Below, one piece after another: positions 48,980-61,559 of a DNA stretch of 64,000 bases. Origin of the DNA: the human T2T-CHM13v2.0 reference genome, Homo sapiens. Under the pieces are notes generated by a model, which was given only the letters and a program-made list of their open reading frames with translations, had not been told where the DNA came from and made no database searches. A program made the position numbers and the translations under genes. Where the stretch lies: assembly GCF_009914755.1 (NCBI RefSeq), contig NC_060926.1. One strand, given 5' to 3'. Numbering within the stretch: the stretch's first letter is position 1; each line of letters begins with the position of its first letter.

Positions 48980-51860
48980 GTAAGGGGGCTTACGGGCGGG
49001 GGTGGGGAAACTGAGGCGGAGGAAGGAAGATGGCGGGGGAGGGAGGAGGCCGGGAAATGAATGGTGCGGCGAGGTGCCGCCGCCGGCTGTCAGTCCTAGA
49101 CCCGCCGGCCAGCGAGGGGTGGGGCCCGCAGCCAGGGCCTCGCGGGTCCCCTCGTTTCTCCCTCCTGGGACTGGGGCGGGGGCGCGGGCCCGAGATTCAA
49201 CCCCCAACCCTCCCAGCGGCTTTCTCCGCGCGACCCCTCCCGGCCCTTCCCCCACTACGGTGGGCAGCGCCGCCCAAAGGGCGCTGGGGACGGTCGTCTT
49301 GGGGGTGGTCCCCGGGCCCGACCCATCCGGCTTTCCTTTCCCTCCGCGCCCGTTTTTGCCAGTCGGTTTGGGGACCCAGGGGCCGAGCTCGGGGACTGGC
49401 CTGGCAGGGGAGCTAGAAAAGAGAAGCGCTCCTGGTAGGTTTGACAAGATCGCTGTGACAACATTCTGCCCAGGGTGTGGGTGGGGAAAGGGAAGAATCG
49501 GACTCTGAAAATGGGAACCTACAGTGGGGCTTTCATTTGACCACCCACCTTCTCCTTTCGACTCCTGGTCATTTCCATCTCCCTCTGCGTTTTAACCGGT
49601 GAACCAAGTCACATTTTAATTCGAGGGAGAAAGATGTCATGTGTTACTTCTGTAGCCTCAAAAAAGTCCCCCAGTGAGCAAGCGCGCTGCAACTTCCTTA
49701 GTTTTGTCAAAGCCGCTTCCTGCTTTCAGTCTTTTATACCCTTATAAGGTAGTTTTTAGTTTCCAACCTGAGCACATCTTACTAGAACTTTTAAGCAGGT
49801 TTTAAAGAGACTGAATTACCGGTGCTTGGTGTCCATTTATATGACTTAAAAAAATGTACTTATGTTTCATGGAGTGGGGGAAAGGAAGCACCCTGGAAAA
49901 TAAACTAATTTAAGTTGTATTCGTTCATTCTGTGATGGTATCTTGAAGGAAGCAGGAAGGTATAGAGGTATATAGGAGGGTGTTTAAGTTGCAAATAGTT
50001 ACTCGTAGATATGTAGGGTAGTTTGCGAAAATGTAGAGTGGCTTTAAAGTGTGGTCGTTCATTTTGTATTAATAGACGTTTTAGAGAGTTGTACCACACT
50101 CATAACTGCATAGAGAATAGACTACCCTTATTTTTATGTAGAATCACTGCTTCAGGATGACATATAGGAAAGTGGTTTTTTTTTCTGTGCTGATGACATC
50201 TCTCCAATTCCCAGAACACTCCCAGTTTTTTTTTTTTGAGGGGGAAGTCAGTAAGAGGTGGACTGTCAGGCTTTTTTTTTTATTATTAATTATAATTATT
50301 GATTTCATTATTGTTACTTAAAAGATTGTGTGTCCTTCACTCTTTATGTGAAATTTCTTTAATCTTCATTCTCATAACTAGCTAGTGTGGCAGTTTCTAA
50401 AATCCCAGTTAGGTAGAGAGAAACCACCAACTTCTTAATATTCTCCTAGGAAAACACTAGCCTTGGAACTTCTATGTATTTTTTTGATGAACACTTTATT
50501 TAAAAGTTTTTCCTTAATTCAGTCTCATTTCTCTGAACCAATAATTTTTTTTATTTCTCCCTTCTTAGTCTAATTGGTGAGTATTTTTATGTCTAGGTTC
50601 AGTTTTAAAATTAGATTTGGCCTGAGTCAGTAGGATAGGACTTTTCAAATGTGTTTTGTTAAAGTGACGAATATTGCTACATAATTAATGCTTTAGAAAT
50701 TACTGCGTTTTCAAAAAAATAGTGTAAATAATTGTGGCCCTGAGAAATAATATGGTAACATCTCAAGTAGTATGTTACTTTTCTAATCTCCATTTTCCCC
50801 CTTTTGAAATAGTTTCGAATTAGTATACAAGATGTTTCATTGAGATAAACTGTCCTTAAGTGACCTCCTTTCCTAAAGGGCAACCTTGAATTTAAAACAT
50901 GCTGAATGACCAGTAGGATCGGGAAGAGGGGTTCAATTTAACCTAGGCTATTTCTGTTTTAAAATTACGATTATCACAATAGTGTATTTTTAAGTTATTA
51001 CATTGGTTTCTCCAATAAGGAGAGGTTATTAACTGCACATTGATGATTTGAATGGAACTGATTAGGAGTCCCCTTGCCACCTCACTCTCTTTTACCATTT
51101 GTCACAATCTGAAATTCCCCCTTTAGAGTTTCAGTTATTTTGGTTCTCAAAAGCCTTTTTGGTCTTACAAGTTTCCAGTGGTGCCTCCTGGGAAGTTACA
51201 CCTTCAGCTTTATTTGCACATGGAGGATAAGTCCTTGAGGTTGAGGACCCTGAGATAAACATCTCTAAGTATGGCCTTAACAGGGAGCTTTTACATTTCA
51301 AAATTCTGTGGTCCCCGAATGCAAATTGTGCACCTGTAATTTGTCTAATTTTTTTTATGCTTTAGAGAATGCATTCAGCTCTGAGGTCTCTAAATTACAA
51401 TTACTCACTTAGTTTAAGTAAAAAGTTATAACCTGAATCAGGTTGCTCATTTCATTCATTATATAAATTAGGGGAAAGGTGGCTGAAAAAAAGTGGCCAT
51501 CTGTAAAACTTGATCGTCTTAGATAGGAAAGCTGTTAAGAGTTAGGAAACTTGAAACTTAAGCCCAAAACTTTTAGGGATCGTCCAGCAAAACTCAACAT
51601 ATGAATCACCTAGATTCAGGTCATAAAAGAGAATACTTATTTTGAAAAGAATTTGAAAAGAAATGCTTCATTCACATTGATACCCTTATCTACACACTTT
51701 TTTGGTCTGTATTGGAAAGCATTGTAAAATACAGTTGGGGCACATAGATTCCCATTGGTGGCTTGAAAACTAAATAACAGAACTCAAACCTGCTATTAGT
51801 GGTGAGAAAAGCATTTTCTTTAAAAGGCATTCACAAACATTTTTTAAAAAAACATTGTAA

Positions 51861-52247
<387 letters not shown>

Positions 52248-52676
52248 TTAAAGGTTTTTTTTAAATGCATGTTTTTACTCAAGTTTCTCCATCATTCAAG
52301 CCAAATGAGGGCGCTCCTTATTAACTCCTTGTTATATCGTAGCTTGGTTACAGAGCTGCATTGTGAATTTCCTTTTCCCTTTTATGTCTTTTTTTTTCCC
52401 CTGGTAAATAAAATATTGGTAAATTAGTTCCACTGATTATGATAGCAGAGGTTAATATAGCCCTATGGTCAAAGTCTTGGATATATTCATATCTGGAGCA
52501 GATTAAGGAATTTTGCTAACTGACTTCAACTTCTTAGCAATCTTAAAATGTAAGCTTAAATATCTTGTAGGTGTCAGTGAAAGAGGAGTATGTTCATCTT
52601 GTGGCCACAATTCAGCAATTAGTGCAGATAAGAATGATCTTGTTTGAAGAGCAGTGGGGAAAAGCTGGGTAAATGA

Positions 52677-53064
<388 letters not shown>

Positions 53065-53819
53065 TAGCCATCTCCAAAGGCAGAAATATTCACAATAGCT
53101 TCTTAACCAAAAAGCACTCATTGAAATTCTTATTCCTTGATGAGTCATGCTTTGCATGCTGTTTGAAGTAAGTACAACAGACATGCTCCTAGTGAGAAGT
53201 CAGACTCTTACTTAGACTTAGCGAAAGACTCTCCCTCCTTTCCTGCCTGCCAATTTTGTGTTGAAATATTGACTTTGGATTGCAAATACTATATTGCGGT
53301 GAACGAACTTTCAGGCTTATTGTAAAACACAGTTCAGAATTTTAGGCACAGAACGGAAAGGTCCTGTGGAGGACCTGCTGGCCATGCTTTCTGTGACAGC
53401 TATTTTTTAACCTAATTTTATAAGTGAAAAAACAGAATGAGAGAATTTAAATTACCTTTTTGATGCCGTCTACCTGGCAGGTGGTTCGATCTGCTATTTG
53501 GACCTGAGTTCTGTATTTAAGTCCTGTGTTCTTTCTGTTAACACTCCGGGGACTCCTGACTGCCTTTTCAGAACTTTATGTGTTGCTTCATTGTTGTTAG
53601 TAAAGTTAACTGTATTTCTGTTTAAAGAACTCTTACAAAAAAAAATCTCAGCCTTATGAATTTGATTCACCTAATTAGAGAAAACCCTCTGTGTAATCTT
53701 TACTTGGTTTAGGTTCCCCCCCCCACCCCCCTGCCGATATGTGAATGCCTAGACTATTTCCTTGTTACTTTGCTTAAATTTAATCTCTAGAAAAAAATTA
53801 CTCTCTAGGTTGTGTTTCT

Positions 53820-54020
53820 CAGGAAATAATAATAGCTAGCATTTATCGAGAATTGTATGTCAGCCCCTGTGCTAAATGCTTTATATTATCTCATTAACTT
53901 TCACAACAACCTGGAAAGTATTATCTTTGTTTTATAGGCTAGAAAATTTAGTCTTAAGAGAGGTTAAGCTACTTACCCAAGATACTGTAGCAAGTAAGTA
54001 TGGCAGAGCCACTACACTAG
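53820..54020 (-). mobile_element. MIR
   Basis: AATAATAGCTAGCATTTAT...AGAGAGGTTAAG...GGCAGAGCC. Confidence 0.75.
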
Positions 54021-54517
54021 ATCTTCCTTCCGTAGAAGATGAACGTTTGACATGGCTTGGTGCATAGTAGGAATTCAAATCTTTGTTGTATGAATGAATG
54101 AACAAGAATTAGGAGTATGGTTTTTAAAAAAACTGTGCATCAGAAACACCCCATACCCAGTGACTCAGAATCTCAAGGGTTGGACTATGAATATTCATTT
54201 ACATAGGCTTCCTAGATGATTCTTCAGCAGCCCATTCAAGGGCTAACTTTGCAGAAATTCTGAAACCTGGTATTGGCGGTGGAGTTGGAGCAGAAGAGAT
54301 AAGTTAGGAAAAGATTGGTTTTTTCCTTTCTTTTTACGTTTCTTCTGGCAGTTATATTTCGTGTTATTTTATTTACGGGTAGCAAAGGCTTTGTAGTTAT
54401 CTGTTGTTGAGTTCAAGCTCTATCACTTAATAGCTATATGACTTTATACACTTCAACCTCTGCAGGTCTTATTTCTTCCCATCTGTAATTTGGAGATGAT
54501 AGTGTATACCTTATAGG

Positions 54518-54812
54518 TTTTTTTTGTTTGTTTTTGAGACTGGGTCTCTGTTGCCCAAACTGGAGTTCAATGGCAAGATCATGGCTCACTGCATCCTCAA
54601 ACTCCTATGTTCAAGCTGTCTTCCTGCCTCAGTCCCCCGAGTAGCTGGGACTACAGGCACATGCCACCATGTGTGGCTACTTTTAAAAATTTTTTGTAGA
54701 GATGGGGTCTCACTGTGTTGCCTCAGGCTGGTCTCAAACTTCTAGCACAAGTAATCCTCTTGCCCTGACCTCTTAAAGTGTTGAGATTACAGGAGTGAGC
54801 CACCATGCCCAG
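54518..54812 (-). mobile_element. AluJ inside a MIR (about 54380-54890)
   Basis: Diverged Alu; MIR flanks. Confidence 0.88.
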
Positions 54813-56170
54813 TTTTGTTTTGTTTTGTTCTGTTTTTTGATAATGTGTGAAAATGGTTCAGCACAGTGCCTGGCACACAGTAAGGGCACAATATATTTTA
54901 AATATAATAATTGGTTGGCTTTCTTTTTTTTTTGAGTTTCAGTTCTTATAGAAAGGAATACAGTGTGTTATGCTTATTTTCTTATCTCCTGCAGGCCTTG
55001 GCCTGCCTACCACACACAGTTCTCTGCACAGTCAAAATGTTTTTGCTGATTTGAGAGATTGAAGGAGGTATAGCTAGGACTTGGCAGTTGATTCCAGTGG
55101 ATTGTAAATAGGCATCAATGAATAGTTCAAGATTGTAAGCCTGAGTGATTGGGACAATAAGGGAGTTAGTTTTAAGAAACTGAGTAAAATTGGAATTTGT
55201 TGTTGAATTTGGAATGATGATTTATAATTGGAAACATTCTAGAGGAAATTAAAAATACAGGACCTTTGGGAATGAAGGTGGATATTTGGGAATCATAATT
55301 TGTTAACTGAAGCTAATAAGATGAGAGCATTCAGAGAGAAAAGAACGGAAAGATTGAATATCAGTTTCCCTTCTTTAAAAAAATTGTGGATATGTGATCT
55401 AGCTTCTTGAGCATCACAGTGACTGATTGGCTCGTGGTAATTGATCGCTATGCTGACAATCTTATCTCCACCTATGTCATTCAATTTTCTAAGAGGCAAA
55501 ATCCTTAATCAGGAGGAGAGTTTAGCTCTAGCTAAATTTCCCTTGTCCAGCATGCTCCTGCTCCCCCAACTTGTGGAAACAGCTAAAGGATTGGACTAGG
55601 AGCAGAAGTTTGGAATGGTTAAAATGTAGCAACATGTGTTTCCTGAAACAAAATTCCACTATAATAAAAAAAGCATTTGAATGCTCCCTTGTAATTCTGT
55701 TGGAGCTTGTTGCCTTTTTTATGACACAACCATAATCAGTGATAGACAGTAGCATAAAGAAGCAAGAGCAAAGCAATTAAGTAATAATAGCACTACAAAA
55801 ATGTGTGCTGTAGCTTACCAAACACGACATTTATGAATTATTAGATAGGAGATAAGGTGATGTTATTGGATTGTTTTAAATTTAGTTCTTTGAAATAGGA
55901 TAGTGACTAATATTAGTTTGTGTGCTGATTTTATAACTTTATATGGGCCTTTATATCAGGAAACAACGTAACCTACATAATTGACTAATACCAGAGCAAA
56001 AAAAAGAAAAAAAATTCTAGTTTTTTTAAAGGACGATTTTGCAGAATTTTAATAATAATTTTGTTTCAGAATTTTCAAAATTCTTTCCAAACTGTCGATT
56101 TAAACTCAAGCCATTCTTACATACTCCTTGGAACCAGGAAAGGAATAGCTTGAATTTGTGTGGCCAGATG

Positions 56171-56436
56171 TTATTTTTTTTTTTTTTTTTTTTTTTTGAG
56201 GCAGAGTGTTGCTCTGTCACCCAGGCTAGAGTGCAGTGGCGTGATCTTGGCTTGCTGAAACCTCCGTCTCCAGGGTTCAAGCTATTCTTCTGCCTCAGCC
56301 TCCCGAGTAGCTGGAATTATAGGCACCCGCCACGATGCCTGGCTAATTTTTGTGTTTTTAGTAGAGACCGGGTTTCACCATATTGGCCAGGCTGATATTG
56401 AACTCCTGAACTCAAGTGATCCACCCGTCTCGGCCA
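56171..56436 (-). mobile_element. AluS, 5'-truncated
   Basis: Antisense Alu ending CTCGGCC. Confidence 0.92.
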
Positions 56437-58714
56437 GATGTATTCTTTCAGCTTTCCTTCTGCTCCCCAACCCTAATACATACCTGAGAAGAATATTCAT
56501 CTGTTCGGATACTCAACATGCCATGTTTTCCTCCTGCCGAAGGACATTACCTAAACGTTTTATTTTTAAACATTTTGTCCTTGCTTTAAGACTTTGTGTC
56601 ATTTGTGAAAATGCAATGCTCTTGGGAAGGGTTTCTGTGCTTTTCAGTATTTAGTGTAAAGGAGAGGTTACAATGAGGAGGATAAAAGTCCTAGAGAGAG
56701 AATTAGGGTGCAGAAGACCTTGTAGTTTAGGGTTGGCTTAATCTACTGTAAACATGTAAACCATGTTTTTAGTATTAGTGTATGACAGGACACAAGTGTT
56801 TGCCTAGTTATAGAGATTATTTTAGTTAAATCTAGTGTGCTTCTGCTATAAGCATTTTTAAAATTCAGTTACTCAAGGGTACAAATATAGCATTTAATGT
56901 GTATTTGTGAAACTTGCTTTAGTAAATTAAGGGAAATGCCTAATGACTCACACAGAATTATAGAGCTGAAAAGGGATTTTGAGAGATAATTTAATCCAGT
57001 CTTCATTTACAAATGAAACAGAGGCTCAGAGTTGAGAAATGTCTTTTGGGAGTGTTCCTAATTATTAATTGATAGTATTGTTGAGTTCTCTTAAATTTTC
57101 TTGTGAGTTCACATTTATGAGTTAATAGTTGAAATTAAGTAATTGGAATAACATAATGTATTTTATTTATAGTTAAAGTAGTTTTAGTTGAAGCCTACAT
57201 CAGAATTCTTCAGTGTTTCGTTGTAATGCAGAGGCATACTGTATGGCACACATGAGAAACTAATTTTATGTTTCCCAATAATAATGTTTTAAACCAAGTT
57301 TAGAGATATTTTAAAAGTTGTGCTCTGTAGGTGCCAGGACAGATGACTTTCATAAAATGAATGCTCTCTTTAAAAAAATTTTTCTTTATGGTTTCAGAGA
57401 TTTATATCTTTGGATTTTAATTATTAAAGATGTATTAAATGGGATGTGTACCAATCAGCCATTTCAAGGCCCTTTGCACGTTTTGTTTTGGATGTTATTA
57501 CCTTTTCAGAAGCCCTGTGAGGTAGTTACTGTTATAAATAATCCCATTTCAAAGATAAGTAGTAGATTTAGAATTTTAGTCCTGGGGTAGTCTCATTCCA
57601 GAGCTCACTGCTCTACTGTTCCCTAATTGAGATACATCCAAGGAGAGTGGTCAAATTATTAGTCCAGTTTTTAAGAGTGTCCATTTTATACATACTTAAA
57701 CCCAAAGCTACTAATTTTTAGTACAAATATGAAACATATAGGGAGGTCTTAGTGACCAGTTCACTGATTTGATTAACCTATAACACATTAAAGTGAAATA
57801 TGGATTTGCTTACTGCTTATTTGAGTATTGCAAGGACTGATAATTGCTGATAAATTCAGGGCAGCTCAAGGAAATGATGCTAATTACATATATCTTCAAA
57901 AGGAAGGCATACATATTTCTGAAGCTGCAATTTGAAAATGAATAATCTCCACTGATGCATTACTTACTGTAATTATTTTACTCACTATGTATTATGTGCT
58001 CATTAATGACTGCACAAAACACATATGAAAGTAAAAAAATAGAAGAACTTAAAGTAATCAAGTATTTATTTCAGTCTCAGTTCTGTGCTGAACACTATGG
58101 TATATACAAGAAAACTAAGGCATGATTTTATACTTGAGGTTTACAGTTTAGTTTCAAAGATGAAACTAATATGTGTGAAATAATTATGGATGGCTTACTA
58201 GCATTTAATTGTTTGGGCAGATTAATAAGGGCTGTAGTATTTGGAGGATGATTTATGAAGAAGCTGAACTTGATCAGATCCTTGGAAAAGCATAAATAGG
58301 ATGTGATAGATATATGGGAAGAAGGACTTCAAATCTAGGATGTGAGCTAAATTGAAAGCTCCATAGTGGCAGGGATTATTTCTTTTTTGTGCATTCTCTA
58401 TTCAAGTGATAGCGTCCTGCATGATATTTAATAATGCCCAGCAAATATTTTACTGATAAAGGGAAGTCATGAAGGAGTTTCAAAGTATTTGGGGGATGGG
58501 TCAGTTAGGAAATTGCCCTGCCTGGAATTCAGATATTTCTGTTGGGAGCTATGGGACAGCAAGTAGTTTATTTACTCATCTTGCCTTATTTCAGAAGGAT
58601 TTTAAATGGGGCAGAATGGTTTGCGATTTATTTGATAGACAGTAGTGGATTGTGTAGATCATTAAGCAAAAGAGTGATAAAAGGTAAATTTATGCACTAT
58701 TAGTCTGGGTCTAG

Positions 58715-59066
58715 TATTTTACTTTATACAGCTTTATTGAGTTATAATTCACATACTGTAAAGTTTACTCTTTTAAAGTGTGTAATTGAGTAGTTTTTAG
58801 TATAGTCACAAGGTTGTGCAACTATTTCCAGTCAATTTCATTTTTTTTTAATGCCTGGATGCCACTTATTGGAATCCAATCAATTTTAGAACATTTTCAT
58901 GACCCCAAAAAACCCTACACCCAGTAGCAGTCACTCTCCGTTACCTCTACCCTCAACCCTTAGCAAACACTAATTTACTTTCTGTCTTTATGGATTTGCC
59001 TATTTTGGCCATTTCATGTAAATGGAATCATACAATTTGTGGCTTTTTGTGACTGATTTCTTTCAT
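58715..59066 (-). mobile_element. L1MB-like 3' end
   Basis: CAGCTTTATTGAG.TATAATTCACATAC...ATGGATTTGCCTATT...AATGGAATCATACA. Confidence 0.8.
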
Positions 59067-59689
59067 GGGGCAAGTGCTGACTGCTGTAGTCGTTGTCTTC
59101 AGTGGTGATGGACGTATAGCAAAGGGACTGGGAAAACGTTGAGAATCTTTGAAAGCAAAATTAAAGGAATGGGTAGAGGGATAAAGGAAGGCCTATGGAT
59201 AAAGGAAAATCATCTTGGGAAGGAAATGTTTACCAAATACTTAGTGAGTTTTATTCACTGTTAGGTCCTTTAATCCTTATGACAACCTCATGAATTTAGT
59301 TTTATTCCCGATGCATTAGGGATAGTCTATGATCACAGGATCACAGGCTAGTAAATGGTGGAACAAGCATTCAGTCATGTCTTCTTTATTTCAAGGTTCA
59401 TGTTCTCCCCACTAGTGAAAAGGAGTTAAGATTTTAAGGTTTAGGCTTGAAGGGACCAGGAGAATGTTTCTGTTGACACACAGAGTAGGCGTCCAGGTTC
59501 TTCACTCAACAGTCCATCAGTATTTTTGTGTCAGGTTAAACATTGACTTGCATGTCATGAGAAAAATGTTGGAGGGAATTGGAAAAGTTTTTTAAACCAT
59601 TGCTGTTTATCTTTATAGCTAATATTGTCTTACTCTACTTGACAAATTTCCCTGTGAATCAGCCACTGCATTCTTGTTTTAAAAGTTTC

Positions 59690-60022
<333 letters not shown>

Positions 60023-60407
60023 AGTTTCTAACACCAAATTACCTTTTTGGGCTTTGGTATTGTATGACGAAAACTGGGTAAGCTGAGAATTAAGATATTA
60101 TGGGAGTAGGCATTGGGATCAATTAGTAAACTCTGTTTTCATTTGGGATTTATTTGGTAATCATATCTTACATAAAATTATATAAGATGTACTTTATTTT
60201 TATGATATGGTAAGAGTATAAGCAAGTCATTCATATTAAGATAGAATTATTTGAACTTTAGTGGTTGTCAGTGTTAAGGTTTTGGGAAGAGTTGTGCTAG
60301 ATCATTAAAGTCTCTTCTATCCTTAAGCTCTGGGGTCTTATATTTATTTTGTTATATCATTTCATTTGTTGAACTATTGAAAGTTAAAACTTGTTCCGTA
60401 TGTAGAG

Positions 60408-60516
60408 GCACAGGCAGAGTAGATTTAGCATCATTCTTAAGGGCCCTATAATTTTCAGAATTGTAATGGAACATTGGCTTCAAAGTCACCACTATATTAG
60501 CCCCTAGCAAGAGAGT
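60408..60516 (-). mobile_element. Tigger1 internal (transposase) fragment
   Basis: GCACAGGCAGAGTAGATTTAGCAT..TTCTTAAGGGCCCTA...AAAGTCACCA...ATTAGCCCCTA matches recalled Tigger1 sequence. Confidence 0.75.
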
Positions 60517-61251
60517 GTAATTGTACATGTTTTAATGTACAAGCATTTGCAATTTGTAAAATTAAAAATAATATCCAAGGCAAAGGATGTTAATGCTTTT
60601 ACAATGCAGGCATAAGTTGTTTTACTACTGAAAAAGATTCTATTAATGGATTTCTTTTAGGTAGGTACAATCAATAATATAACAGATACCTGCATTTGTT
60701 AGAATTATGACCCGTGAACATTTAATTATACTTACTTTATCTTTCTTGTTTTAAGGAACAAAAGAGCATTATTGATGACTGTCCCCAAATCCACTTCCCC
60801 TTTCCTCAGAGGCAGTTACTGTTGTGACAGACTCGCCTTTTTTTTGGTATAAAACTCATCTTTCTTTTGCTGTTGATTTCTGCCAGTCCAGCCTCCTCTC
60901 TCACCTAGCCTTCTTATATTTCTACTATTATTCTTCTAGTCACCAAGGCTTTGATAGCTTCAAAAGTGCTTTTGAATTCTTTTCTCTATATTCCTTTCTC
61001 TAAGCAAGTTGTTTTTCTTTTTTTTTTTATGTAAAATGATGTATTATATATTTTATACAAGCAAATTGAGTACAGCTAAACCTCAGCTACAGGATTTTAG
61101 AGTACAATAGCAAGTTGTTTTTTAAGTCCCTTACCATCTCCCTTTCGCAGCCAAAATCAGCATTGTAGATTTTTTTCATTACTGCCATAGTAAGAGCTTT
61201 TCTATATATTTAACTTGTTTCTCTAGATCACAAAGAGACATTTTTGGTTTA

Positions 61252-61551
61252 GTTTTTTTTTTTCTTTTTGGAGACAGAGTCTCGCTCTGTCACTCAGGCT
61301 GGAGTGCAGTGACGTGATCTTGGCTCCCTGCAACCTCTTTCTCCCGGGTTCAAGTGATTCTCCTGCCTCAGCCTCCTGAGTAGCTGAAATTACAGGTGCC
61401 CGTCACCACGCCTGGCTAGTTTTTGTATTTTTAGTAGAGATGGGGTTTCGCCGTGTTGGCCAGGGTGGCCTCAAACTCCTGACCTCAGGTGATCGCCCGC
61501 CTGGGCCTCCCAAAGTGCTGGGATTACAGGGATGAGCCACTGCTTCTGGCC
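61252..61551 (-). mobile_element. AluS
   Basis: Full antisense dimer. Confidence 0.95.
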
Positions 61552-61559
61552 ACAACATG

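Larger units (their letters stand above)
48250..49420. promoter_or_regulatory. CpG-island, TATA-less housekeeping promoter of ACTR3
   Basis: Sharp rise in GC and CpG content. NRF1-like TGCGCATGC 48524-48532; YY1-like GCCATCTT about 48613-48620 and AAGATGGCGG at 48933 and 49027; ETS/GABPA CGGAAGTG 48749-48756; Sp1 GC boxes 48711-48730. Confidence 0.9.

Noticed and set aside
48254-49508. Long overlapping ORFs (135-219 aa) on both strands of the CpG island
   Set aside because: Expected from stop-codon scarcity in GC-rich DNA. They give low-complexity G/P/R/A peptides with no recognisable domain.
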